Shown here: one piece after another, positions 11,651-24,700 of the stretch | Numbering within the stretch: the stretch's first letter is position 1 | How the letters are laid out: every line of letters begins with the position of its first letter | From: Blasia pusilla | Lineage: Eukaryota | DNA length: 64,000 nt | Assembly: GCA_050084515.1 (NCBI GenBank) | Contig: CM114271.1 | Coordinates: 9,610,001 to 9,674,000 of the forward strand | Reading direction: 5' to 3' | Program-made: the position numbers and the translations under genes | Notes under the pieces: model-generated | The model's input: the letters and a program-made list of their open reading frames with translations, nothing else | Databases searched by the model: none | Told to the model about the DNA's origin: nothing

Positions 11651-12388
11651 TTTTGGCACCACTTCCGGGGAGCTGTGGAGTCCAGACCAAAAGTGAAGGA
11701 GACTTATGAGTGAGCGGCATCAAAGACATTCAGCAAGGAGTGCACGGAAGGCTGCTGCATATCACCAAGAAGAGAGAGAAAGAGCTTCCATAGGAGACTC
11801 TTTAGTGGGGAGTTCAAGTTCAGCACATGCTATAACAGCCGGCTCAGTTCAAGTGGTTCCTGCTCAAGCTACCTCAGTCAAGATGCCTCCCTCATTTTGA
11901 ATCAAGTACACCAGATTTCGAGGGGATGGTAGTCAAGATGTGGATGACTGGATGGAACAATACCTAACAACTTTGGCAGCCAATGATGAAGGGGATGAAG
12001 ACACAACCAAGAGGTTTTTTCATGGGCTGATTGATGGAGAAGCCTTGCGTTGGTACAATGCCTTGGAGGTTGGACAGAAAGCTGATTGGCCAAGGCTGAA
12101 GTCAGCATTTGAGCAAGAGTTTAGGGAGATTGGGGCAGATTCAAGGGTGACGTCACGACTGAATTCTATCAAGATGAAGGCAAGTGACACACTAAGGAGC
12201 TACACCTAGCGTGTCCAGCAGCTGATAGGGAAGTTAGGACAGGTTCAGAAGTAGATGAGGTAGAAATTTCAGGCAGTAGATGCCTTGGAGTAGATGCTTA
12301 GGGGGGAGGTAGATTTGTAGGAAGGTAGGAACCCAGAATGCCAGAGAAGCCCAAGTGGGAAGAGGGCTCTCAGCTCCACTTATAAATA

Positions 12389-15300
12389 AGAATGGAAATG
12401 GGTATGAGAATGAGAATGAGAATGAGAATGTTCAATTTATAGTGAATAGGGACTCAGATTCTCTTGACAGAATTTGACTAACAAGATGAAGTTTGGTAGG
12501 TGAGATTGTCTGACATTATGGATTCAGTTGTGTTGCAACATGTCAAAGTCCGATACGTTGCAGAATTTGGGAATCAGAGACATGGGTTGCGAAGAACCTA
12601 GTTCCGTTTTTTGTTTCCCTGTCCCACTGCAAATTAGAAGCCGTTGGAGTCCGTTGGGTTGGTACCCCCTTCATGCCGACCAATGGTCTTTTGAGACGAT
12701 TTTGCTATTATCAAACACGAGACATCGCTTGCATTTGCTAAGGCATCTAATCACTGGGGACTGTTAGGAGATTGTCCAACTCAGGGTAGACCTTGTGACC
12801 CGTCAGATTGCAAGAGGTTGCCTCAGAACTATCCGTTGTCGCACTGTTACCCAAGGGATAGAAAAGAGTGCAACCTATCAATAACCGACGGGTTGCCTAG
12901 GTACCTTTCCTATTACCCCAAGATGAGGGAAGCGTACAACCCGTCGGCCTCCAACGGGTTGCGCAAGTGCCTCGCCTTGTAACGCTTACATGAAGGAAGT
13001 GTGCAACCTGTCGGCCTCCGAAGAGTTGCGTGGGTACCCTGCCTTGTTATCCCAAGACGAGGGAAGCGTGCAACCCCCCTGTCTCCGACGGGTTGCGTGG
13101 GTACCTCGCGTTCTTGCCCCAAGACGGCAAAGGCACCCAACCTGTCGGATTCCGACAGGGTGCCAAGATAGCTCAATTTTTTAACTCGAGGAGGACGGAT
13201 GCCTCCAACCGGTCGGAGACCGTCAGTTGGTGGTTTTCATGTGCAAACTTGCATAACGGCCGACACGTCACCGTTGAAATGACGATGCGATCCAACAGAC
13301 AACCCAACGTCTCAAAAAGTATAAATAGGCGAGGGTTCGCTCATTTCCGGTTTTTTGTTTTGCGATCTCGATTGGTCTTCAGCGCAGCAGCGGACCAGAT
13401 ACCAAGGGTGTCGTGCGCCTACTCTCCTTGAACGTTAATCTTGTTTGTTGCGGAAGCGTGCATTCAGTAGGTCACGCTCTCAACGCTGATCTGCATCCAA
13501 ACACGCACTTCGGTTAGTCGGGTCTTGGATCAATCAGCGGGATTACTTTTCGAGTTCTCGTCTCGGAATCTCTTCAAGCTCAACCTTCCTAGTTTCGCGG
13601 TTTCCAACACGTGCAAGTCTCGAAAGACTTGGGACAGACTTTCTGGTCGGTTCAAGAACCTGAAACGGCGTTTCGCGCCTAGCGGTTCCAACTATCCGAT
13701 GAACATCCAATGAGTTCCTCACCAAGACTCGCACGAAGTGAATCTCGGGTTGGAATCCAAGGGTGGCGTACAAAGTCCACTCCCTTGGATCAGGTTTGGG
13801 TTTCGGGTTTCCGTGCCAAACTCCCGTTCCATCCCGTGCCTCTGAAACGCCGTTTGGCGCCCAAAGTGGGGTTTTGTTTCCCGAGACATCTCAGAGAAGG
13901 TACTCCCCTTACTAGTACTTCTCGGGATCTCCGGGGGCCCCCTACATTTAGGGAAAGACACCCGGGCCTCTCCAATTGGCCCTCAACCCGATTGCTCTCT
14001 CAATCGTTTTTGGCCAATATCTCAGCTTGTACTTATGTGTTTGCTGAGATCTTTAGTGCGTTGGAAGCGTCTCAAAATCAGCTTTCCAACACGCTCTTAT
14101 TTATCCCAAACGCATCTTGGAGCTCAACGTTATGGTCCTAAACACAGACATATTCTCCCAAACGCTAGTCGTGTTCCAAACTGGTTCTCACCTCTTTGGC
14201 AACCAACCTCCCAAGACTCAACTCATCTCAAGTCTCGGCTCGCGTTTGGTCTAGGTTTCCTGGTCGCGACCACTAATGCATGAAACGCACAACTCTGTTC
14301 TACGTTTTGTCTCTTAGACTTTTCCAAGAGACTCTTCCAAACGCCTCTCCAAAGCGCAAACCTCGCAGCGTGAGTTCCTTTGAGTTCTGATGTTTCGCTT
14401 GGCGCGTATTTGGTGTTGTTTGGTTATGAGGGTCGCGACAAAGGGGCACTTTACACGGTGACTCATCGCGAGACGATTCGAGCGACTCATCGCAAAACGA
14501 TCCAAGCGACTCATCGTGCATAGAAAGTAATTTCGTTGTCGAGGAGGAGGCATTTTCGGGAACAATGACGAGGAAAAAATCTCAAGCAAGCAAGGCTGGG
14601 AGCTTCACTCTTAAGTCCATGACTCCTGCATCACCATCTCTAGGGCCTCGTTTGGCCAATTAGATAAGGCAGCAAGAGATAGAGGAGCGCGAAAGGGAAG
14701 CGGAAATGCACAGGCAAGAGCTTCTTGCAAAACATGTTAAGGAGGTGCTTGAAAAACAGGACGCAAAGGCTGAGGCATCGCAGGCCTTGAAGAAAAGGAT
14801 CGCCAAGGAGAAGCGTGAAAAGAAGCGTTTGGATGCGTCGATGAGGAGAGCAGAACTGGAAAAAGCTCGAAGGGAAAAAGCAATAGCCATTGAAGAAAGC
14901 CCGGCCCGTCCAACCAAAAGTGTTGAGATGCAGGAAATATCCCCGATGAAGTCTGGGGACACAATCAATATAAAATCAGTTGAGGAAACGACCGAAGTTC
15001 AAGTGACGGACGATGAGGTCATGAGGACCGCCAGCGTGGAGATGGTGGACATCTCTGAAGAAGCAGGAGAGCAGTTTTCCTCGTCTCTAAGCCCGGCGGA
15101 AGAAATCGACCTCTATCAGATTGACGAGTTTCTAGGGGACTTGCCAGCTACTGTCCTAGAGCAGTTGGCGGGCCAAGACACCGAACCAATTTTTGAGGAG
15201 GTAAGAAATGATCTTTGATCTTTGAGTTATGTGAAGGCCCATGTTGCAATTCATTGGCAATTCAGTGTAGTTTATTCACTTTGTCCCCGTTGTGACAGTT

Positions 15301-16080
15301 TGTAAAGCAGATGGCACTGATGGAGGGCCAGAACGCCACGAGAATTCCACTTTACCGATTGCGGACAATGGAGTACGTCCGTAAAATTCAGTCTGATGAG
15401 GATATTGTGAAGCTGAAACAGTCGACAATGACAGCATCCTACGTCGACAACTTCCCATGAGTTGCTTGACTGGCCGTTGTTTTTAGAATACGAGAGAGAG
15501 CGAGCGATGGGATTTCCCATAGGAGTGACGGCAGTACCATCTATGTTAGAGGCATCACGACGCCATGTCTTGGGTCAGGCGATGGACCTGAACTGCTTGA
15601 CATGGATCCTCAGCTTGGGAGTGGCTGAGCCGCGTTGTATGAGATTGCGATAGATCATAGCGGTTGCGTTGGTGAGCCCCATGCCTACCGAGACGGTGGA
15701 GGCAGTGGCTGGGGGCGAGACTGGAGGAGATCTACGCACCAGGGGAGATCGGGAGAGACATCCTTGGACTTCTTGGGATGTTTTGCAGGTACGCAAGGAG
15801 ATGATAGCCACAACATCGAGCGTGGTTTCGGGCACTGCACGTGGAGGAGATCAAAGTTTGCAGTTGGCTGTAGGAGAGCGGCCGATCGTTGTTGTTTGAG
15901 ACGGGGTTGCACCATAGCAACCACCGATATCCGCGCCGGAGAGTCCTACCGTAGTCATGATGGAGACTTGGGAGCCAGATATGGGCCCGACTAGTTGCTT
16001 TCGGCCAAAAACATCCTAAAAACAACGACCAATCAAGCAACTCGTTGAACTCCGACGAGTTTCTTTCGGCCAAAAAAAGC
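12389..16080 (+). mobile_element. MULE family E copy 1 (fragment: bidirectional promoter with palindromes, cargo exon 1 and start of exon 2, inverted intron repeats)
   Basis: 12389-12560 homologous to 25720-25890; palindromes 12870-13160; TATAAATA 13320; cargo MTRKKSQA.. from ~14564, intron GTAAG 15201, exon 2 to ~15456. Confidence 0.85.
15491..15990 (+). mobile_element. fragment of a second family-A DNMT-Gypsy (DNMT motifs IX-X to start of RT)
   Basis: ERERAMGFPIGVTAVPSMLEASRRHVLGQAMDLNCLTWILSLG and ETWEP match 4229-4370 and 4618-4645. Confidence 0.9.
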
Positions 16081-16342
16081 CACGACACCAGTACCTAGAA
16101 GACACAACAATGCAGCAACAATACTACAAACGGGACGAGCAATGAGCAAAAACTAGGATTCCAACCAAGGAATTAGCAATTCTACAACTCGAAACCAGGC
16201 CTTGGAGGTGACAACCCTCCCTTACAAGACCTCCCTATAGGGAATGGTGGATGGGAAGGATATTACCAACCCATCCATTCAGGCAGTTTTTCACAATTGT
16301 GGAGGACCATTATGGTCCAGAGGCAATGGCATTACATACCTA

Positions 16343-19300
16343 AGTAAGTCGTAGGCTTCCAAGACCAGAGGTGACGTCACGATGGCTTGTACTACCGGAG
16401 CCGTTCCGGTTCTCAAATTCTCTGTTGTCTGCCTCCCTTCTGGCCCTCGGTCTTGGCGAACTTGAGCCCAAACCTGGTCCTCGATATCCTGATGGAAGTA
16501 CTTAGGGTGACTTTGATCAAAGGCGGGTCAACATCGCCTTTTAGGATGGCCTTCCCGGCGCGGAAGGCATCGACACTTTTTGTCTTGGGGTCTTTAGCTT
16601 CGCGCGAAGACGAAGCACCTTTCCTTGCTTTCGGGGTCCCAACGGTCTAGTTTGTGGACCTCATGGTGACAGCAAGAACGGTGTTTTGGAGTTCCTTGGG
16701 CCAGTCCGATGATTCTTTGGCCGCCGTTCTGTCAGAGTGCTCCTCCCTGATAGTGACTCGCCTTGTCCTGGGGGACCCTAACTCCTCCACTCACACGAGT
16801 TGCACATTTACGTCATTCTTGGACTCTGTTTGGGCTGCGGGGGTGTTGACATACTTTACCAACAACTGTGGGACCTTGGGCTCTGGGCACTCCACTGCAG
16901 TGTGCCCGCCCTTCTTGCAATTTCCGCACAATGGATTGAGTCCTACTGGCCGCTTTGGATTTGGGCAATTATTAGCCCAATGGTCAGCTGCCCCGTAATT
17001 GTAACAACAATTCCTTTTCATGGGTGGCGTGAAGGCTGCCGGGCTCATAATCTGTCTCAGGGGTCTTTGTTCCCCGTATTCTGGAGGCACATATCTGGTG
17101 ATCCAACTTCGTCTGGGATAAGGCGGTGGCACAACTTGGATTGCTTAACACCCTTCCCACTGTTCAGGTTCATACCACCCATCTTCCGTAGTTGGATCTT
17201 CTTGGACCCAACGTAAATCTCTTTGGGTATGACATTCTTGAGCAGTATGCCCTTGGGTTCCGCAGGTACTGCACCAGATGTTGGGCTTCATTTCCCTGGA
17301 CAGTCCCGACACAAACCAATCTACCAATTATGAGGTAGTAGTGTGTTCAAGTTTATTTACAAGGCTACAAAACCTTCGGGTGAATTCCCTTAGAGTTTCC
17401 TTCTTTTTACATTTCAGGTCGCGAAGCTTCGTCAAAAGCCTGTCCTCGAACTCCAGGTCACGGAACTCATGAAGAAAGGCCTCCATTACCTTTTTCCAGG
17501 TTTCTGTGACATCCGCTCTGAGACCCTCATACCATTGGCTTGGTCACTTCTTAAGCAGGCCAGGAAAGACTCGCAACAAATCCTCCTCTGAGCCTTCCCC
17601 ATTAGCCTTAGCTACATGGGTAAATTCAAGCACAAAGTTGTCAACATCATCTCGTTGTCCCCCTACAAATATGGGGTATCTTAGCAACGTCTTTCTAGTG
17701 TTGGCCATTGGGAAATTTCTACTGCTGGGTCTCGGGCATGATGCTCGGGAGGGAGGAGGCAGCGGCTCTGATCTAGTTGATTTGGTTGGCTCATCGTCCC
17801 CCGAGTTCCCAAAGGGGTTCCAGGTTGACTCTTTGTCCGACTGCGAACTCGCAAGAGACTTGCTGGGGAGCGTATTCCTGTCCCTCTTCTTGTTCTTGGG
17901 CTTTGTGCGAGGCCGAATAATGGGAGACACCCCCGACAGTCTCCAAGACGGGTGATCTTCTTGTTGCTTATTGCATCGATAAAGCTCACTGATCCGCGAA
18001 GAGGGCTGGGAGACATCCATGAGTCCCTTATGGGGTTCGGGAGCTTGCTTCCGCACCCACGATCGCCACAAGGTAGGGGTCCATGGAGGGAAATTAGATC
18101 TTCCTAATTCCTAATTCCTAAAGCCTACAGGAGTGTGCACGTGCTCTTAATCTACCTGCCAGGTTTTCCTCCCATAAACAGAAGTACCGGGTCATCACCA
18201 AGTACAACTGACGTTCATGGGCGAAGCACCATCTGGCGATTGGTTCTTTGACAATACTAATTAATTGTTCTATCTTTTCTAGCACCAATGCAGCAAACCG
18301 GTTGTTATCTTCTTTCATCCATTTTCTTAGGGGGATAGCTAGAGATAGCAGATGGTATTCAGTAAGAACTAGATGGTTGGGTCTTCTAGGAGACGAGGCT
18401 TCTTTCCCCGCTCGTGGGTTCCCAATTTGTCTCTCTCCCTCTCCAGCAAAGCTTATCATCCCCGACAGCCGCACCAAAAATTTTTATTTCTATATCTAAT
18501 AAATAAGAGTTTCAATTTTATAATCATTTACTGAGTTCGATCCCCAAGAGGATCATTGTTTGATGAAAAGAGAGTTCCAATTTACAATTCTATTGTAATA
18601 GTTGTATTTAGGTGTGAATAATTTAGATTCAATGTCTTATCAATATCTTTGGATCTTTCTTAGTACCAAAGTTTCTTTTCTCAATTCTCTCTAGTGGAGT
18701 TGATAGCACGCTCAGGTAAATTTCCTCTCAACATCAAGAAACCTCACAGAGATCTCAACAAGAAAGTTGGCTTCTCCTGCTGTCGGAACTCAATCCGTCT
18801 CGGCAAGCTACTCTCTATCAAACAGATTTCCTACAACTCCATGTTGATTATTCCATTGATGAGAAAGGTTTGCCTGATTCACTCTACAGACCCAAAAAGA
18901 ATACTCAAACATAAGCACCGCACATTAGAATGAAGGAATGAGTGCTTTACTACTCCATCAAGAATGAGAAAGCTTCAAAGTGTATACAAGCACGAGAAGG
19001 TACTACTACCTTGCTCGGACCATTCCTACAGCATGAGGACTTTGTGAAAGAATGATGATGATAGCTACTTTCATGTTTCTTAAATACTCTCTGAAGTAGG
19101 AGTGTTCCAAAGATTTGAAGCGTTCTTGATGAAACTGATATCTCTTCAACATTTGTAACTACCTAGATTTATGGTGCTCTTCTCTTTTCCTAAGATCCCT
19201 ATGAATCCACAGAATAAAATTGTCATAACTACCTATCTGATACAAAGAGTTGCGCCTTTTCCTATTCTAACTGTTCTAACTATGTATCGCTTGAAATCAC

Positions 19301-19717
19301 TGTCAATCTTAGTTTCGCTTTGCTGCTAAGTCTGGACCTCTTTTGCTTCGTTTGGGGACAAAGCTCTTTCTCTTGATCTGAAGACAAAGTGCTCCATTCT
19401 TTGTTCTTGTTCCAGGTGCTTCGTTCTTCGAGCTTCGTTCAGGAGCAAAGCACTTCATAGACAGAGCTTAATAGAGCTTCGTTGTCCTTTTGAAGCTTCT
19501 TGCTGGCTCTTTAGACTTTGTTATTTTATTCTCTTCCCCTCTTAGGAAAATCCTTGATTTTCTATCTCTCTGCCTTGTCCTTGGAGCTTTGTGATTCACT
19601 TCAATCTCACTCAATCTTCTACTACGCAACCATACTATCAAAATCATAATATATATACAAGTCTTCTTTGAATAAAAACATGTAATTCTTCAAAAGTACA
19701 AAATTGTGGGTATCACA
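16343..19717 (-). mobile_element. Ty3/Gypsy family C, 5' portion (LTR 18495-19717, PBS 18459-18476, internally deleted gag)
   Basis: LTR similar to 59240-60486; PBS TGGTGCGGCTGTCGGGGA; gag ORFs 17544-18071 and 16791-17132 with CCHC knuckles nearly identical to 57010-58458. Confidence 0.9.
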
Positions 19718-20931
19718 GCTCTAAACTACTTAACCATTTAGCTTGTGAGGTCACATAATTTAATACACCAGAGTCAATATACCAATCTGATGTTGAGTCT
19801 TTTTTGACCATTGCTCCCATATGATGAGTCATGACCAAGAGTTGCTCCATTTGTGAATGTTGTTGTTCTTGGTACTGCTCTTGGTATTGTTGCTCCATAT
19901 AGTTTTTTTACTGTAAGGCTCTTGTTCTCATATATGCCTTCTTCTTGAAGCAAAACTTTGCATAGTGACCCTTTATCCCACAGTAATTGCAAGATCTAGG
20001 GACCCTCTGTTGCCGATCTCAACCCCAACGATTTCCACCATCACCACCTTGTGATTGTGTATGGTACTAGTTCATAGTTGATTAAATGACGTTATATTGA
20101 GTGCCTCTTCCTCCATATGCTTGATATCCACCACAACCATGCAAGCTTCTGCCACTACCTCTGCCTCTGTTTGATCCATAACCTGCCAATAGCGCACTCT
20201 CTTGCAGACTAGACGAGCTAAGGCTGCCTACTAGGCGCATCTCTTCACTAATTAACAATGGGACTAACTCACTCTTGAAAGGTTGGATACTTCTCTCTCA
20301 CAGAGATAGAGGTCTCAAAGTACTTGTAATCCTTTGAAAGGCCTTGAAGAGTGAACAAAATCAGATCATCATCTTCTACTTTCACTCCAATGCTATTCAA
20401 CTAATCAACAATATGTCTGATACTCAAAATATAATCATTGATGCTCTGCGATCCTTTCCTCACTTCGTTCAATTTTTGTTTCAATTGAAGCTTTATGGCC
20501 TTTATAGATGTATGGAATAGCTTTTCCAATGCATCCCAAGCCTACTTCGGAGTATCAACATCTTGAATGTGACCTATCATTGACACACTGATCGTTATTG
20601 AAATGTAGTGGATTACTTGCCTAGCTTGTTTGTTCCAAGCACGAACATTCAAGTCTGTTGAGTCACCTTCTGGCTTGGCCTCATTACCTTTGACAAGCTC
20701 CTATAGTTCTTGACCCATGAGAAATTATTTCATGCAAAACTTCTAGACATTGTAATTCTGCTTATTTAGCTTCTCGCCTGTGATTGCTGGTGAGGAATAC
20801 TTCATGACGAACAATTTCACTCATAAAAAACATAATTTCATGCTCTCTATTGCTCCAATTGAAGCATAGAGCACTCCTACACAAAAATTGACTTGAAATT
20901 TTCCAAAATTGATCAACTCTATGAAAGAAAT
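19718..20931 (-). mobile_element. Ty1/Copia fragment (gag and protease), decayed
   Basis: Minus strand: EKLNKQNYNV..FLMGQEL N-terminus, CNYCGIKGHYAKFC knuckle (~19950-19990), WYIDSG..YVT copia-type protease motif (ORF 19713-19898). Confidence 0.8.
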
Positions 20932-21345
20932 GAGGAGCGGTAACAAGAGAGGAAGAGAGGAAGAGAGTAGAGAGGAAACTACCTTCAGCTTGGTGAGTTT
21001 GGTGAAGAAGGACATTTTTCCTGCTGGTCATTTCCCTATGCCAGCCCAAGGATGGTGGAGTATATTCCACATCCTTATCTCCTCCCTCGGACGAACAAGC
21101 CACCTCCCGCTTTCGCTTCTCCCGAGTGTGTTGTCAGCTTGTTGGAGTCTGTGTTACCTTAAACTCCACATGAGTTTTCTTTGATGAGGACCTGGTCTAG
21201 CCCTCTTGCCCCTCTTTCCTAGAAAACTCCGCCTCTTGCCTTGAAGACTCAGCCTCTTTTCTCGAAGACTCGGCCTCAGAATTCCTGGACCCCCTCGCCT
21301 TTGCTTTCAAACCCGATGTGGATTTGTCCTTGGCGGTGATGATCT
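20932..21345. mobile_element. MULE family E rearranged fragment: transposase-side terminus (20932-~20990) fused to an inverted piece of cargo exon 3
   Basis: GAGGAGCGGTAACAAGAGAGGAAGAGAGG..AAACTACCTTCA matches 21346-21408; minus strand IITAKDKSTSGLKAKARG matches cargo protein. Confidence 0.8.
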
Positions 21346-21772
21346 GAGGTGCGGTAAGAGGAGAGGAAGAGAGGAAGAGAGGAGAGAGGAGAGAGGAAAC
21401 TACCTTCAACCGAAATAGATACTTTTTTTTGAAGAGAGTTTCCGTTGGGTTGAAGAGGGGAAAATTTTTGTTTGAATTTTTTTGCACTTTTTTGCTCATA
21501 TATTAAGCAGTCCCACAGTTTTTTTTTCCTCTTCCATATTTTGGCAACCCCTCTGAGTCCGACGAGTTGCAAATTGCACAAAATTTAGAAAACTAAAAAA
21601 TCAGTGGAATCATAAGTGTGGAACCAATCACTTTTTCCATCCAAGGTCTGGAAAAAATCTATCATTTGCCCCGGGCTGAATAGAGTTCAAGCTCAAAGTG
21701 AAGGTTCAGGAAAAATAAAAGTACAATCTAAAACCTCATTTTGCATCCTCAAAGTGGTTTGTTTAAAATACT

Positions 21773-24700
21773 TCACACTTCTTTGAGGGACAGAATTTGT
21801 TGGTGGATTCCTACTCCTACCTCGGACTCTCTTAAAACTACCAGCAACACATAGTACATGTGCTTACAAGGGAAATACCTTTTGCCACTTGTCTCTCTTT
21901 GGACAAAGTCATCACATGAACATGTGGGAAAGCAACATATGTGCACCACATACATCCCTGTGACACTTGAATTTACAGTGTTGTTCCTGACCCAATACAT
22001 CCTTCCTATTCCATTGCCACTCAAGACATCTTTCGTGGCGATGATCTCCATTTTTGCCTCCCGATCTAATGCAATTTGCTTTGCTCTCTCCACCGTTGGC
22101 CTACACATTCTGTTTCTCTTCACCCCATTTCTAGACTCAAACAGAAATAATGGACTGAGATCATCCACCTTCTCCGGGTACATGTTGACATCAATCTTGG
22201 GTTGAATACGAAATGCGAAGGTCTCTGTAATGCGAACATGCTCCGAACTTCCTCCGTCTACGAGTCTGAAACCGGCACTTGTAAGATTGTCCACTTTGTC
22301 TTGAGTACAGGTCGTACCTGCGGCGATGGGCCAAATCGTGGGGGTATTCCCCGGAGCTCCAATGGCAGCCAGATAAGACTTTCGGAAAGCGCAAGATTCA
22401 TTTGGGCAAAAGAAGTACTTCAATTGATCCCCGGTCCTTGTGAAATGATCAAAGGTTTTGAGTCCCCAAAACCCAGGCAGTGGTCATCTAATCCTTGTAT
22501 AGTTCTTATTTAGGAAAGTGCCGCATGCTCTCCTAATGCCATCTGATCCTGCCGTGCAGGTAAGTCCACGTCCTGGGTTGCTCCGAGATATATGCCACCG
22601 TTTTAGGTTGCAATCCACCTCCATTACCGGAATCCCATATTGTTGAACCACCCTAGTGATAGGATGTTGCGAACTTCCAGCAATGGAGGGCTTTTGAAAT
22701 AAAACATTCAGTGATTTTGGAGAAGTAACTCCATCACGGATTTGGGACGGGTCCGGGGTCCCCGAATACCTGGGCGGCGTAATTTCCTCATCCAAATCAA
22801 TCATCGGATTTGTTCCTCGATGTTTCCTCTTCACCTGCTTGAAGTCAAGATACTTATCTGGTCTCCACGAGTCTCGCTCGGACTGCTCTACCACCATCTG
22901 TATGGGACGTCTTGAAACCCGCCCACGAATATCCCCACCAATGTGTAAGTCTTGCTCGAGTGGAGTTCGAGCTACGCACTGGTTGAAGGCTTCCACATAC
23001 ATTTTTTCATCACCAGATCTCACAGCCGCCCTCACATAGAGCTCGTAGATCGACGGCCCCTTTCCTTTTGTTATGCCTTTTGTGAGGAAGATATGGGATG
23101 CTGCAGACTCTAGCATTGCTCTTGCCTGGTCTTGTTGGCATGCCTCCACAAGTGAAATTTGTTGGCATGCTTGTGACGACCTCCAAGAGGAATGAACACT
23201 TTCTACTCCACTTGTGTTGGGGCAGAGGGTATTTTCATGAACGTTCAATCCCTGCAACGACGGCAAAGTTAGAAGGGAACGAAAATAACTCAGGAGTCAA
23301 AAAAATAAGCGACATGTCGGAACCAGACGGGTTGCAGGCCCGAGATACCCCATGAACGACTCTGCGACCCGTCAGGTCCAGACGTGTTGTAACCTTAAAC
23401 CCGCCTACTGCAACCCGTCGGAACCAGACGGGTTGCAAGGCCGAGGCATCCCATGAACAAATCCTGTGACCCATCGGGTCCCAACGGGTTGCACACTCGG
23501 GTTGCACGAAAAATCTGGATGCAACCTGTCGGTTTCCGTCGGGTTGCACACTCGGGCAACTCGTCGCATCCGAGAGCTTGCTTGGTTTCTTCAGTTTGAA
23601 ATCCCTATAGTTCCCACGCTTCTCACCCTGAGCTACAACTTTACAAACAATTCTCAGCGTGAGCTTGACAAGACAAAATAGTGAACTCACATGCCGCATG
23701 AAGTTTCCCCATTGTCTCATACATACAGTCCACCAACTCAACCAAGAGCACAACTCTTTGTACTTCCCCTCAATCGCATGCTTCCTCCACCACCCATGAA
23801 GTTCTTCCTGACATTCCATGGCCTGCTTCAAGGTTTTGCTGTCCTTGCAGCGTTGGAGTAGAGTGACATGCTCTGTCCTCTTATTCTCCTTGATGCAAGA
23901 TTTGGAGTACCGGGTCTGTTGTTGCCAATGGAAAGCATCCGACCTTTCCCTCTCCGGTTGAACCTCTCCACCCCAGAACACTTCCCGGATAGCAATCCAC
24001 CTAGGTTGTGCATTGTCTGCCATGAACCCATAAATTTCCGGAGGTGGCCTTTTGTTTTCCTTCACCACCTCCAATAAGAGTAACCAGCACATCTTCAAAC
24101 TGCCAACGTCTTCTCCTTTACTTCACAGACAAATATAGTTTTGAGGCCCTTCTCCACATGGTCATAAACATGAGCACCCATCGTCAACCATCCGTTTAGC
24201 ACTCTGTAGCAAATATCAAAGCTTACCCAGCTGCCGTAAAGATTTTCCCCTTCCCCTCATTCGATCTATAAGATCGAGGCCACTCGACGGACCTGGGGTT
24301 GACATTTTGAAGACATAGGCCCTGGATCCCTCGCCTCCTTGGCCCATGAACTGCCATATTTGAATGAATGGAAATCTAGAGTTGGCCTTGATTCTGGCAA
24401 TGGCATCCATTTCGGCCGTCTTTCCATCCAGAACTCGTATTTGGCGCAGCAAATTCTGGAAGCATTCAGGATCAGCGAGAAATGTGAGATTTTCCCAGAA
24501 ATGTTTCTCCTCAGCCGCCGTGATCTTGCCCTGTCCACGGATTCCAAGCGATTGTTCGCAAATTTGTGATGCCGTTGTGAGCTTGATCACTCCGGGCTTT
24601 GAACCCGGAGAGTTTCTGTAGACCTTGGCAACTTTCTTCGTCACATCCTCCTTGTCTCTGAATTGCATCGGTCACAGGATGAGTGTGGGAGCCAACATGA

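Larger units (their letters stand above)
9762..12388 (+). mobile_element. Ty3/Gypsy family B remnant: integrase 3' part - PPT - LTR - PBS - gag 5' part - PPT - partial LTR
   Basis: WDRKLASAVHAYNTT..SPYFLVYG..GPYKV (9784-10245); PPT 10523-10536; LTR 10539-11650 (TG..CA); PBS TGGCACCACTTCCGGGGA 11654-11671; gag-like FRGDGSQDVDDW..GEALRWY; 12232-12388 repeats 10455-10610. Confidence 0.85.

Noticed and set aside
16081-16342. Unassigned segment between MULE repeats and family-C gag
   Set aside because: No motif or homology within the window that I can support.
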